64,000 bases of DNA from Acutalibacteraceae bacterium. Its GTDB lineage: Bacteria > Bacillota > Clostridia > Oscillospirales > Acutalibacteraceae. The translations under genes and the position numbers were made by a program. Under the pieces are notes generated by a model, which saw only the letters and a list, made by a program, of their open reading frames with translations, made no database searches and was not told the origin of the DNA. Position 1 is the first letter of the stretch, and each line of letters starts with the position of its first letter. The DNA is taken from NCBI GenBank assembly GCA_045603005.1, contig JAZULG010000124.1, positions 8,124-72,123 of the forward strand, given 5' to 3'. This document shows, one piece after another, positions 12,188 to 22,169 of the stretch.

Positions 12188-12188
12188 T

Positions 12189-12569
12189 ATGCAAAGAATA
12201 TTAATTTTTTCAATCATTGTCTGTATTATCAGCGTAATTATCAAACGAAACTGCCTTGAGCTTTACATTCCGTTTCAGATAGGCACGGCGATAATTGTTG
12301 CGGTTTACATATTAAATCAGACATTCAGTGAGCTTGAAGTGTTTTTTTCTTTGGTTGAAAGTATGGGCGCTAATTTTGAAATAATCAAAGCGATGCTTAA
12401 AGCAGCTTTTATAACCGTCGGAACAAAGCTTGGTTGTGATGTGTGTAAGGAGAGCGGAAATCATCTTATAGGTGATATAATTGAGCTTGGAGGAAAAATA
12501 ATGATTTTCGTTATAGCCATTCCCTATATTATCAGTATTGTAAAAATTTCAGCTGCATTTCTGAAATGA
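12189..12569 (+). CDS. spoIIIAD: Stage III sporulation protein AD
   Basis: ATG 12189 lies just after the spoIIIAC stop. It is a 126-aa multi-TM protein in the expected position. Confidence 0.8.
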   Translation: MQRILIFSIIVCIISVIIKRNCLELYIPFQIGTAIIVAVYILNQTFSELEVFFSLVESMGANFEIIKAMLKAAFITVGTKLGCDVCKESGNHLIGDIIELGGKIMIFVIAIPYIISIVKISAAFLK

Positions 12570-13678
12570 AAAAGCTATTATTACTTATTATCACTGTTTT
12601 ATCTGCTTGTATCGGATTATCGTTAAATGTAACCGCCGGAGGCACAGAGGTTAATGAACAGTCATATTATGACATGCTGAACTCAATAATAGATTCACAG
12701 ACATCTGAGAAGCTTGAGAAAATCGGCTTAGATGAAATAAATTCAGATGCAATTTTTTCTGTCTCATTCAGCAGTATAGGTGAATATTTCGGTGAAGAAC
12801 TGAAGGACAAAAGCGAAAATATTTTCGCATATTTTTTCAGGATTCTCTGTATATTACTGATTGTGATTTGTGTCGGAACATTTATGGGGCTCGGCGATAC
12901 AAAAAAACTTGAGACCTTCGGGACTGTTGCTATTTCCCTGATGTGTGTAGATATGTGCGGTGCAGTTATTGAAATGCTGCTGACAACAATGAAAACAGGC
13001 GGTAACTTTATGTTGTCGTTTATACCGATTTACACAGTCATACTTTCGTTGGGCGGTAGCGTTTCATCTGCAGTTACATATAACACTCTGACATTTTCTG
13101 TTGCACAGGTTATCACATTGTTGATAAATAACTACGCAGCGGATTTTTCAGGTATATTCCTTTCATTATCGATGGCTTTCTCTCTTAACAGCGCAATAAA
13201 TCTTAATAGATTCATCGCCTCGGTCAATAAGCTGATATCAACAGTAATAGGCTTCATTGCAAGCGGATTTGCAGCCGTACTTTCTGTAAGAGGGGTACTT
13301 TCTTCGACAATTGATTCCGCCGCCTCAAAAAGCATAAAATTTCTCATCGGTAGCCTTATTCCGATTGTAGGCTCATCAATCAGCGATGCATATTCGACGG
13401 TACTGGGAAGTATAAATGTTTTAAGAGGATCGATTGCCGTTGCCGGGATCATAATAATGCTGATAATCTGCATACCCCCTATACTTGAAGGTACATTTTA
13501 TTGTCTGAGTCTCACTGCTTTATCTTACATATCAGAAATGTCAGGGCTCTGTGAGGTTTCTTCGGTACTAAAATCCTTTCAATCGGTACTTCGTACAACG
13601 GTATTGCTGAATATTTTTCAGCTTTTCATTCTGATTGTTTCAACTGCAATTATGATTTCACTGAAGGGTGGCGGATAA
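12566..13678 (+). CDS. spoIIIAE: Stage III sporulation protein AE
   Basis: Signal peptide plus a polytopic membrane protein of 370 aa. ATGA overlap with spoIIIAD. Confidence 0.85.
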   Translation: MKKLLLLIITVLSACIGLSLNVTAGGTEVNEQSYYDMLNSIIDSQTSEKLEKIGLDEINSDAIFSVSFSSIGEYFGEELKDKSENIFAYFFRILCILLIVICVGTFMGLGDTKKLETFGTVAISLMCVDMCGAVIEMLLTTMKTGGNFMLSFIPIYTVILSLGGSVSSAVTYNTLTFSVAQVITLLINNYAADFSGIFLSLSMAFSLNSAINLNRFIASVNKLISTVIGFIASGFAAVLSVRGVLSSTIDSAASKSIKFLIGSLIPIVGSSISDAYSTVLGSINVLRGSIAVAGIIIMLIICIPPILEGTFYCLSLTALSYISEMSGLCEVSSVLKSFQSVLRTTVLLNIFQLFILIVSTAIMISLKGGG

Positions 13679-14146
13679 ATGGCAGAGCTCAAACAATGGT
13701 GCCGTATAATTTCCGTAACTGTCATTTTTTCCGGAATTCTTATATCAGTTTTGCCAGAAGCAAAATTGAAAAACACTTACAAAGGATTTGTTTCTGTTAT
13801 TTTAATTTTTGTTTTTCTGAGTCAGATGTCTGACGTTGAAGATATGTTTAAAATAACAGGAAGTATAATATATAACAGTGAGTATTCCGAAGAGGAGCTT
13901 TCGGAAAAAAATTCAACAATCGTTCTTGATTGCGCTGAAAATCTGCTTGAAGAAAGGTTGAATGCTTCAATTACCGAGGTAAACAGTGGTTGCCACTGCG
14001 ACGCCTTTCTCTCTGAAAGTAACGGACAGGCATACATTGAAAAAATCAAGGTATTTGGTTATTTAAGTAATGAAGATGAGAAAGAAATAGATGCAATAAT
14101 ATCAGAGATGACAGGCGGTGATACCGAAATTGAGTTTATCGGATAG
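13679..14146 (+). CDS. spoIIIAF: Stage III sporulation protein AF
   Basis: Two N-terminal TMs (LKQWCRIISVTVIFSGILISVLPE) followed by a soluble C-domain. It starts directly after the spoIIIAE stop. Confidence 0.75.
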   Translation: MAELKQWCRIISVTVIFSGILISVLPEAKLKNTYKGFVSVILIFVFLSQMSDVEDMFKITGSIIYNSEYSEEELSEKNSTIVLDCAENLLEERLNASITEVNSGCHCDAFLSESNGQAYIEKIKVFGYLSNEDEKEIDAIISEMTGGDTEIEFIG

Positions 14147-14666
14147 TTTTTCAAAGTTTATGAAAAGTGAGGCTTTTGACAAAGCTGTAAAAAGGCTGAA
14201 AAATGACAAGAAGGCATTAATCATTATCGCAATAGGTATTATAGGGATGCTGATAATAATGTTTGTCCCGACGGAGGATAAACCTGAGGTGCAGAAAAAA
14301 GATAATAAAGCACAGTATGAATATAGTACCGATAAAATACAACAAGAAGTAGAGATGTTGATAGAATCAATAAAAGGTGCAGGCGAAACGATGGTATATA
14401 TTACATACGAAAGCGATATGGAAAACGTTTATGCAGCAAATACAGACGAAAAAACCGACGGAAATGATGCACATTTTAAAAGAGACTATATTTTGACTGA
14501 CGATGAAAACGGATTGATACTTAAGGTGTTGTATCCGAGAGTCAGGGGAGTAGCCGTTGTTTGTAAGGGCGGTGATGACCCGGCAGTAAAAGAGAAGATT
14601 TATTCTGTTGTTTCAGCATTATTTGATATTTCAACAAATAAAATAAGTGTTGCCGGAATGGCGTAA
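14118..14666 (+). CDS. spoIIIAG: Stage III sporulation protein AG
   Basis: N-terminal TM, with a C-terminal VRGVAVVCKGGDDPAVKEKIYSVVSALFDISTNKISV typical of the SpoIIIAG ring domain. The start is ambiguous between GTG 14118 and ATG 14160. Confidence 0.75.
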   Translation: MIPKLSLSDSFSKFMKSEAFDKAVKRLKNDKKALIIIAIGIIGMLIIMFVPTEDKPEVQKKDNKAQYEYSTDKIQQEVEMLIESIKGAGETMVYITYESDMENVYAANTDEKTDGNDAHFKRDYILTDDENGLILKVLYPRVRGVAVVCKGGDDPAVKEKIYSVVSALFDISTNKISVAGMA

Positions 14667-14678
14667 GGAGATAAAAGT

Positions 14679-15248
14679 ATGAGTATTTTTGTCAAGAAGA
14701 AGCAGTTGCTCGCAGCCACTCTTATCATTGCACTCGGTGCAGCTGTGACTGTAAATTGGTTTTATAATAAAAACGATACGGAAATTAACGGTGTTACAGA
14801 CAGCACCGGGTATTCCGAAAGTGGTAAACTCGGAGACTCTATTCTTGTTGCCGGTACTGTTGAATATAAAGAAGAAGAAAATGAAAAAAGTGAAGAAAGC
14901 AGCAAATATTTCACTCAGGCTAAACTAAAAAGAAGCGAAGCAAATGATGAAATTCTTGACCTGATTGATGAGCTGAGTGAAAAGGAGGCATTGTCTGCAC
15001 TTGAAATCACAAAGCTCAGCGACAGCTTTGAAAGCTTTAAAACTGCAATAAAGTGTCAGACAGATGCTGAAAATCTTATATACGCAAAAACCGGAAGTGA
15101 GTGTATTGTTATAATTAACGGCGATAGCTGTCAGGTAATAATGGAAAAAAATACACTAAATGATACAAATATATTCCAGATTACGGAAATAATTGAAAAA
15201 AATACGAATATTTCTGCAGAAAATTTATCAATAATTGAAATAAAGTAG
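14679..15248 (+). CDS. spoIIIAH: Stage III sporulation protein AH
   Basis: N-terminal TM (LLAATLIIALGAAV), an acidic linker and a C-terminal YscJ-like domain. It is the last gene of the series. Confidence 0.7.
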   Translation: MSIFVKKKQLLAATLIIALGAAVTVNWFYNKNDTEINGVTDSTGYSESGKLGDSILVAGTVEYKEEENEKSEESSKYFTQAKLKRSEANDEILDLIDELSEKEALSALEITKLSDSFESFKTAIKCQTDAENLIYAKTGSECIVIINGDSCQVIMEKNTLNDTNIFQITEIIEKNTNISAENLSIIEIK

Positions 15249-15276
15249 TTGTATGATTTTAAATTTGTGTTATAAT
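15249..15276 (+). promoter_or_regulatory. Sigma-A type promoter with extended -10, upstream of nusB
   Basis: TTGTAT (15249-15254), 16-nt spacer, TGTTATAAT (15268-15276). Confidence 0.5.
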
Positions 15277-15342
15277 GTATAATGAATAAATTATAATCGG
15301 TTATTATGCAAAGAAATAGCCGACGCGGGAAGGTAAAACAAT

Positions 15343-15741
15343 ATGACTAGACGTGAATCAAGAGAACTTGCTTTTATCCTTGTGTTTGAAAAAGGCTTTC
15401 AGCCGGATACGACAGTAATTGAGCTTATTGAAAATGCTCTTGAGCTTGAATTGTTTCCGCAGAATGCTTTTGCTGAGAATTTAGCAAGGAAGGTATATGA
15501 GAATATTGATGAGATTGATACTCAGATTAATGAGAATCTTGTCAGATGGTCAGCGAAGAGAATTTCAAAGGCAAGCCGTGCTATATTAAGAATTGCTGTT
15601 TGTGAGTTGCTTTATTCTCAGGATTTACCCGTTGGGGTTATAATCAACGAAGCGGTTGAAATTGCAAAAAAATATGCAACAACCGAGGACGCTTCATACA
15701 TAAACGGAGTGCTTGGCTCTGTTGCAAAAAAAATCAGATAA
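15343..15741 (+). CDS. nusB: Transcription antitermination factor NusB
   Basis: MTRRESRELAFILVFE... ILRIAVCELLY... INEAVEIAKKY... FINGVLG-type motifs; 132 aa. Confidence 0.9.
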   Translation: MTRRESRELAFILVFEKGFQPDTTVIELIENALELELFPQNAFAENLARKVYENIDEIDTQINENLVRWSAKRISKASRAILRIAVCELLYSQDLPVGVIINEAVEIAKKYATTEDASYINGVLGSVAKKIR

Positions 15742-15806
15742 TTACTTCGGAGCAACTGTTTACAGCTTGCTCCTGAAGGTCGTTAACAAAGGAGCATTTT
15801 TAATAA

Positions 15807-17006
15807 ATGTCAACCATTTTAAAGGTTTCACAGATAAATACATATCTTAAGTCAATTTTTGATTCTGATTATAATCTGAAGAATATATACGTTACCGGTG
15901 AAATTTCGAATTTCACAAATCATTACAGAACCGGTCATATGTATTTTACACTAAAGGATGAAAGCTCAGCAATAAAGGCAGTTATGTTCAGATCTGCCGC
16001 ACAGAGGCTGCGCTTTATCCCTGAAAACGGTATGAAAGTACTCGTAAGGTGTAATGTATCGGTTTTTGAACGTGACGGTACTTACCAGCTTTACTGCGAG
16101 GATATGCAGCCCGAGGGAATAGGTGAGCTTACAGTTGCTTTTGAGCAGCTGAAGAATAAGCTTGAAAACGAAGGCTTATTTTCTCAGGAGCATAAGAAGT
16201 CTTTGCCTATGTACCCGCAACGGATCGGCGTTGTTACTTCACCGACCGGTGCCGCACTCCAGGATATTATCAATGTTATATCAAGGCGGTATCCCGGCGG
16301 TCAGATTATACTTGAGCCGGTCAAGGTTCAGGGTGCTGATGCCGCAGAAGAAATATCCCGTGCTGTTGATAAATTCAGCCGTATGAATGCATGCGATGTA
16401 CTCATCGTCGGCAGAGGCGGGGGCTCGATAGAGGATTTGTGGGCGTTCAACGAAGAAATTGTTGCCCGCTCCGTTTTCAATTGCAGAATCCCTGTTATTT
16501 CTGCTGTAGGGCACGAAACAGACTTCACAATTTGTGATTTTGTCAGCGATATGAGAGCGCCTACGCCGTCTGCAGCCGCTGAGCTTGCTGTTCCTGATTA
16601 CAGAGAGGTTCTGTATTTTGCGGATAAGACACTTGATTCTATGATGTCATCTGTGATGAAGATTATAGGTGATTCGGAATATAAGATTCTGCAGCTTAAA
16701 CAGCAGATTGATAATAACAGTCCCAATAAGGTTTTGCAGTTCTATTCTCAGTGCGTTGATGCCTGCAGTACGAGTATAAACTCCGCCATGCAGAAAAAGC
16801 TTGAGGTATATTCAAACATTCTTTCTCATTATGCGCTCAGCCTTGAAAATATGAGTCCGCTTAAAATTCTTTCAAGGGGCTATGCAGTTGTGAAAGACGA
16901 GATGGGCTCTGCTGTCAAGGGTGTTGAAAATCTCAGTTCAGGTGACAGTATTACAGTTGTTATGCATAACGGCATTGCTAACTGTACAGTCAACAGTGTT
17001 GAATAA
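15807..17006 (+). CDS. xseA: Exodeoxyribonuclease VII large subunit
   Basis: N-terminal OB fold (VTGEISNF...GHMYFTLKD) and the central GVVTSPTGAALQDI, GRGGGSIEDLWAFNEE. Confidence 0.9.
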   Translation: MSTILKVSQINTYLKSIFDSDYNLKNIYVTGEISNFTNHYRTGHMYFTLKDESSAIKAVMFRSAAQRLRFIPENGMKVLVRCNVSVFERDGTYQLYCEDMQPEGIGELTVAFEQLKNKLENEGLFSQEHKKSLPMYPQRIGVVTSPTGAALQDIINVISRRYPGGQIILEPVKVQGADAAEEISRAVDKFSRMNACDVLIVGRGGGSIEDLWAFNEEIVARSVFNCRIPVISAVGHETDFTICDFVSDMRAPTPSAAAELAVPDYREVLYFADKTLDSMMSSVMKIIGDSEYKILQLKQQIDNNSPNKVLQFYSQCVDACSTSINSAMQKKLEVYSNILSHYALSLENMSPLKILSRGYAVVKDEMGSAVKGVENLSSGDSITVVMHNGIANCTVNSVE

Positions 17007-17044
17007 TTATTTAAACTTACCGATTGAAAGGATAAGAATATATT

Positions 17045-17254
17045 ATGGAAATGTATACACTTGATACCGCTATGCTTCGTCTGAAGGAAATTTCAGAGCT
17101 TCTTGAAAGCGGTGAAAATGATCTTGAAATGTCAATGAAGCTTTACGAAGAAGGTGTGAAAATTGTTGCCTTCTGCAACAAGACTCTTACCGATGCTAAG
17201 GAAAGAATTATTGAACTTTCAGAAATTACAACAGAGGATAACGGGAATGAATAA
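17045..17254 (+). CDS. xseB: Exodeoxyribonuclease VII small subunit
   Basis: 69-aa helical protein (LEESMKLYEEG-like) directly after xseA. Confidence 0.85.
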   Translation: MEMYTLDTAMLRLKEISELLESGENDLEMSMKLYEEGVKIVAFCNKTLTDAKERIIELSEITTEDNGNE

Positions 17255-18131
17255 GTTTACGGTTAGTGACTATCAGAAATTAATCAACGACAGTCTTGAG
17301 AAGTATGTGCCTGAATGCGATTACGGCATTGATACGGTCAGCTCCGCAATGAAATACAGCCTTTCAATCGGCGGAAAGAGAATCAGACCTATGCTCGTGC
17401 TTGAGTTCTGCAGAATCTGCGGTGGAGATATACACGAAGCCCTGCCTTTTGCAATCGCACTTGAAATGATACATACCTATTCACTCATTCACGATGACCT
17501 ACCCTGTATGGACGACGATGATATGCGAAGAGGTATGCCGTCATGCCACATAAAATTCGGTGAAGCCAATGCACTTCTTGCAGGTGACGGACTGCTTACC
17601 GCTGCCTTCGGTGTAATTGCCGGAAGTCAGATTGCCTTAAAAAGACCCAATGTTGCTGTCAGAGCAATCAGAGAACTTTCCCGTCTGTCTGGAGTCAGCG
17701 GAATGATTGGCGGGCAGGAGCTTGACCTTCAGTCTGAAAATAAAAAGGTATCTATCAATGAGCTTGAGATAATCGATAAGCTGAAAACAGGCGGTCTTAT
17801 TGAATGTGCTGCGATTCTCGGCGTACTCAGTGTATGTGATAATGAGGAATATCTCAATGCCGCCTGCACTTATGCAAGAAACATCGGACACGCCTTCCAG
17901 ATTGTTGATGATATTCTCGATGTCGTCGGTGATGAAAAGGAGCTTGGTAAACCTGTCGGAAGCGATAAAGAGTGCGGAAAATCAACATATGTTTCTTTGT
18001 TTGGTCTGGAAAAATCACGTGAATATGCAGATGAGCTTACTGATGCTGCTGTTGAATCTTTAGCGGTATTCGGTGATGAGGCAGATTTTCTCACTGAGCT
18101 TGCCTACAGTCTTGTTAAACGCAACAAATAA
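17247..18131 (+). CDS. ispA: Farnesyl/geranyl diphosphate synthase
   Basis: First Asp-rich motif LIHDDLPCMDDDDMRRG and second motif FQIVDDILD. ATG 17247 overlaps the xseB stop by 8 nt; the track's 17163 start is an extension. Confidence 0.9.
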   Translation: MNKFTVSDYQKLINDSLEKYVPECDYGIDTVSSAMKYSLSIGGKRIRPMLVLEFCRICGGDIHEALPFAIALEMIHTYSLIHDDLPCMDDDDMRRGMPSCHIKFGEANALLAGDGLLTAAFGVIAGSQIALKRPNVAVRAIRELSRLSGVSGMIGGQELDLQSENKKVSINELEIIDKLKTGGLIECAAILGVLSVCDNEEYLNAACTYARNIGHAFQIVDDILDVVGDEKELGKPVGSDKECGKSTYVSLFGLEKSREYADELTDAAVESLAVFGDEADFLTELAYSLVKRNK

Positions 18132-18143
18132 GTTGGTGATTTT

Positions 18144-20000
18144 ATGGAATACAGATTTCTTTCGAAAATTAAAAATCCGGGAGATATCAAAAAGTTATCC
18201 CTGAAAGAGCTTGAAGCTCTTGCTGATGAAATTCGATTCAAGCTTATTGACACTGTGTCAAAAAACGGGGGACATCTGGCTTCTAATCTCGGTGCAGTTG
18301 AGCTTACCATTGCTTTGCACAAGGTATTTGATTCGCCCCGTGATCAGATAGTATTTGATGTGGGTCATCAGTGCTATACGCATAAATTACTCACCGGAAG
18401 ATTCGACAGCTTCGATACGCTTCGTACAAAAGACGGTATATCTGGCTTTTGCAGACCCGGTGAGAGCGAACACGATATTTTTTACTCAGGTCACAGCGGT
18501 ACTTCAGTTTCTGCCGGACTCGGTCTTGCAGATGCAAAGATTCTTAACAATGATAACAGATATGTTATTTCGGTTATCGGTGACGGCTCATTTACCGGCG
18601 GAATGGTATATGAGGCGCTCAACAATGGTGGCAGAGGAAAGGCAAGGCAGATTATTGTTCTTAATGACAATAAAATGTCCATATCCGAAAATGTCGGATC
18701 ATTTGCAAAATATCTTGCCGTTATAAGAACCAAGCCAAGTTATATGTCTTTTAAGGCTAATACAGAAAAGGTACTCAGTAAGATTCCGATGGGTACCCGA
18801 ATTGCACGTGAGCTTTATAATCTAAAAACAGATATTAAAAATAAACTATACTCACAAAGTACATTTTTTGAGGATCTCGGATACAGATATGTCGGACCGA
18901 TTGACGGCCACGATATTGAGCAGCTTTGCAGCGGTCTTGAGGCGGCAAAAAAGATTAACGGACCGGTACTTCTGCACGTTATTACAACAAAGGGTAAGGG
19001 CTACGGTCACGCAGAGAAATCTCCGAGTGTATTTCACGGAATATCAAGGTTTGATGTTGATACGGGAGAGCCTATTTCGTCAGGAGGCTCCTTCTCCGAT
19101 AAATTCGGCGAGTACCTTTGCGAGCACGCAGATAAAGATAAAACAATCTGCTCTATTACTGCCGCTATGAAAACAGGTACCGGACTTGAAAGCTTCAGCG
19201 ATAAATACCCTGAGCGCTTTTTTGATGTGGGTATAGCTGAGGAGCATGCTATTACATTTGCAGGCGGTCTTGCAAAAAACGGTATGAAGCCTGTTTATGC
19301 TGTATATTCAACCTTCCTGCAGAGATGCTATGACCAGCTTGTGCACGATATTTCCTTACAGAAGCTGAAAATTATACTTGCAATTGACAGGGCAGGCTTC
19401 GTAGGTGAGGACGGAGAAACACATCACGGTATATTTGATGTCGCTTTTCTCGGTACAATTCCCGATATAAAGATTTATTCGCCTTGCTGTTACCGTTCCT
19501 TATGTGCCGATATCAATAATGCACTTTATGCAGATGAATACTCGGTTGCAATAAGATATCCGAGAGGTAAGCCCCATGAAAATGTGGTCGGTCTCAGATA
19601 TGAGTGTATTGAATTTTCTGAATACGGAGAAGAGACATCGGATATTGCCGTTGTGACCTATGGCAGAATAACATCCAATGCAATTATTACAGTTGATGAA
19701 CTGAAAAAAAGTGGTGTAAATGTACATCTTATTTCCTTGAATCAAATCAAGCCTGTACCTACAGCTGCTCTTGAAAAGCTTTCAGATAAGAAAAAAATCT
19801 ACTTCTTTGAGGAAGGTCAGAAAAACGGTTCAATCGGTGAAAGAGTTGCCTTTGAACTTCTCGAAAAAGGATATACAGGTAAATTTTCACTTACCGCCAT
19901 TGATAATAAGTTTGTTGAGCAGGCGACCGTTGAACAGCTTCTTGGCATTTATGGACTTGATGCTTCATCTATGATAAATAAAATCAGGGGAGAAATATAA
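18144..20000 (+). CDS. dxs: 1-deoxy-D-xylulose-5-phosphate synthase
   Basis: GGHLASNLG, VGHQCYTHK, TPP motif GDGSFTGGM...LNDN, GIAEEHA. Confidence 0.95.
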   Translation: MEYRFLSKIKNPGDIKKLSLKELEALADEIRFKLIDTVSKNGGHLASNLGAVELTIALHKVFDSPRDQIVFDVGHQCYTHKLLTGRFDSFDTLRTKDGISGFCRPGESEHDIFYSGHSGTSVSAGLGLADAKILNNDNRYVISVIGDGSFTGGMVYEALNNGGRGKARQIIVLNDNKMSISENVGSFAKYLAVIRTKPSYMSFKANTEKVLSKIPMGTRIARELYNLKTDIKNKLYSQSTFFEDLGYRYVGPIDGHDIEQLCSGLEAAKKINGPVLLHVITTKGKGYGHAEKSPSVFHGISRFDVDTGEPISSGGSFSDKFGEYLCEHADKDKTICSITAAMKTGTGLESFSDKYPERFFDVGIAEEHAITFAGGLAKNGMKPVYAVYSTFLQRCYDQLVHDISLQKLKIILAIDRAGFVGEDGETHHGIFDVAFLGTIPDIKIYSPCCYRSLCADINNALYADEYSVAIRYPRGKPHENVVGLRYECIEFSEYGEETSDIAVVTYGRITSNAIITVDELKKSGVNVHLISLNQIKPVPTAALEKLSDKKKIYFFEEGQKNGSIGERVAFELLEKGYTGKFSLTAIDNKFVEQATVEQLLGIYGLDASSMINKIRGEI

Positions 20001-20819
20001 TTGAGTGAAAAAATCAGACTTGATGTGCTTCTGTATGAAAGAGGCTTTGTAGATAGTCGTGAAAAGGCAAAAAAGCTTATAAAATACGGATCTGTTATGG
20101 TCAATGGTAAGTTGCAGAATAAGGCAGGGGTAACGGTTCTTGATACAGATACCGTTGAATTGTGCGGCGAACTGATGCCTTACGTCAGCAGGGGAGGCTT
20201 CAAGCTCGAAAAAGCCATAAAGGTGTTCGGGATAAATCTTAGTGAATATGTATGCATGGACATTGGTGCCTCAACAGGTGGGTTTACTGATTGTATGCTT
20301 CAGAACGGTGCGTCAAAGGTTTATGCTGTGGATGTCGGCTCAGCTCAGCTTGCCCGAAAGCTTCTTGCTGATGAGCGAGTCATTAATATGGAGCAGATTA
20401 ATTTCAGATATCTTTCAGATGACACTTTGTCAGAGCAGATTGATTTCGCAAGCGTTGATGTCTCATTTATTTCACTGACACATATTTTCCCTAACTTATA
20501 CAAATTTCTCAGAAGCAATGCAAGCGCTGTTTGCCTTATAAAACCTCAATTTGAAGCCGGAAAAGATCGTGTCGGAAAAAACGGAATTGTTAAGGATTTG
20601 GCAGTACACAGAGATGTTGTAAACGGTATATACGACCTTGCTGTTGAATCCGGATTTACTGTGCTTGGTTTGGACTTCTCACCGATTAAGGGTCCTAAGG
20701 GCAATATTGAATATCTAATTTATATTCAGAAAAGCAATGTAAACAGTCCTTTTGAAAAAAGTAAAATTTCTGAAGTAGTAATTAGTTCACATAATGAGCT
20801 TAACAGAGGTGATAGCTGA
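20001..20819 (+). CDS. tlyA: TlyA-family rRNA 2'-O-methyltransferase (S4 + FtsJ)
   Basis: TTG start immediately after the dxs stop. RLDVLLYERGF S4 start, SRGGFKLEKA, SAM site DIGASTGGFTD. Confidence 0.85.
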   Translation: MSEKIRLDVLLYERGFVDSREKAKKLIKYGSVMVNGKLQNKAGVTVLDTDTVELCGELMPYVSRGGFKLEKAIKVFGINLSEYVCMDIGASTGGFTDCMLQNGASKVYAVDVGSAQLARKLLADERVINMEQINFRYLSDDTLSEQIDFASVDVSFISLTHIFPNLYKFLRSNASAVCLIKPQFEAGKDRVGKNGIVKDLAVHRDVVNGIYDLAVESGFTVLGLDFSPIKGPKGNIEYLIYIQKSNVNSPFEKSKISEVVISSHNELNRGDS

Positions 20820-21691
20820 TGAAGGTTGCATTACAAGTTAATATGACAAGAGAAAATGCTTTTAATGTAACTGTAGATGTCTGCCGTCATCTTAAGAACT
20901 TCGGTATAACAACTCTTATGGATAAAAGCTTTTCCGACATTTTTCTGAATCTTGGCATACAGTTTCTTGACTCTGAAAGCTGTGTCAGAGAATGCGATAT
21001 TGTTATATCTGTTGGTGGTGACGGTACTATCATACATTCTGCACACGATGCCGCAGAGTATGACAAGCCGGTACTCGGAATCAATGCAGGCAGATTAGGA
21101 TTTCTTGCGGGCTTGGAAAAAAGTGAGCTCGATAAGCTGATTTGTCTTAAAGAGAACAGTTATACAATTGACAGCAGAATGCGTCTTGAGGTAAGCCATT
21201 TTGAAAACGACGAGCTTGTAAATACCTATACGTGCCTTAATGACGTTGTAATTGGTCGCGGCGCTTCAATGAGGCTTTGTGAAATTGCTGTTAACCGAAA
21301 CGGGAAGCATATGAGCAACTACCTTGCAGACGGTATCATTGTTTCAACTCCGACAGGCTCAACTGCGTATTCTCTTTCTTCGGGCGGACCGGTGGTTGAC
21401 ACAGACATAGAAAGCCTGATACTAACCCCCATATGCAGTCATTCGCTTTTTTCTAGGTCTATTGTTTTCAAGCCGGAAACACACATTGAATTTAAGGTGA
21501 AAAACTGCGAAAACTGTTCACCGGTTTTCAGCTGTGACGGTGAAAGCGGTATACCGATAGGCGAGAGCACAAGACTTCTTGTTACAAAAAGTAAGAAATA
21601 TTCAAAAATTATAAGGATCAAATCAGATAGCTTTTCTGATATTTTAAACAGTAAGCTTATTGATAGATATAAACATCAACAAGGAGAATAA
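20819..21691 (+). CDS. nadK: NAD kinase
   Basis: GGDGT, INAGRLGFLAG, TPTGSTAYSLSSGGP. TGATG overlap with tlyA. Confidence 0.9.
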   Translation: MKVALQVNMTRENAFNVTVDVCRHLKNFGITTLMDKSFSDIFLNLGIQFLDSESCVRECDIVISVGGDGTIIHSAHDAAEYDKPVLGINAGRLGFLAGLEKSELDKLICLKENSYTIDSRMRLEVSHFENDELVNTYTCLNDVVIGRGASMRLCEIAVNRNGKHMSNYLADGIIVSTPTGSTAYSLSSGGPVVDTDIESLILTPICSHSLFSRSIVFKPETHIEFKVKNCENCSPVFSCDGESGIPIGESTRLLVTKSKKYSKIIRIKSDSFSDILNSKLIDRYKHQQGE

Positions 21692-21693
21692 AA

Positions 21694-22152
21694 ATGAAGA
21701 AGAACAGACACGAAGCGATTCTTGGCCTTATCGAAAAGGATGAGGTTGGCACTCAGGATGAACTGCTGCAAAAGCTCAACGAACTCGGATACAAGGTCAC
21801 GCAGGCGACGGTATCACGAGATATCAAACAGCTTAAGCTTATCAAGATTCCTGCAAAGTCGGGACAGTATAAGTATTCCTGCGCCTCAAATGATTCTGAG
21901 GATCGCTCAGGAAAATATCACTCGATACTTACCCATTCAGTTACTTCAGTTGATTACGCAGGTAATATTGCGGTCATAAAATGCTATTCAGGTATGGCTC
22001 AGGCAGCCTGTGCCGCAGTTGACAGCCTTAATCTAAAAAATGTTATCGGTACTCTTGCAGGTGATGACACAATCTTTTTACTCTGTAGTAACGATGGAAG
22101 CGCTTCTGAGCTTAAGGAATATATTAACGGAATCATAAATAGTAAAAACTGA
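21694..22152 (+). CDS. argR: Arginine repressor
   Basis: Winged-helix N-terminus (RHEAILGLI...TQDELLQKL...VTQATVSRDIKQL) and C-terminal GTLAGDDTIFL. Confidence 0.9.
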   Translation: MKKNRHEAILGLIEKDEVGTQDELLQKLNELGYKVTQATVSRDIKQLKLIKIPAKSGQYKYSCASNDSEDRSGKYHSILTHSVTSVDYAGNIAVIKCYSGMAQAACAAVDSLNLKNVIGTLAGDDTIFLLCSNDGSASELKEYINGIINSKN

Positions 22153-22169
22153 TAAAAGGAGGATGCTCT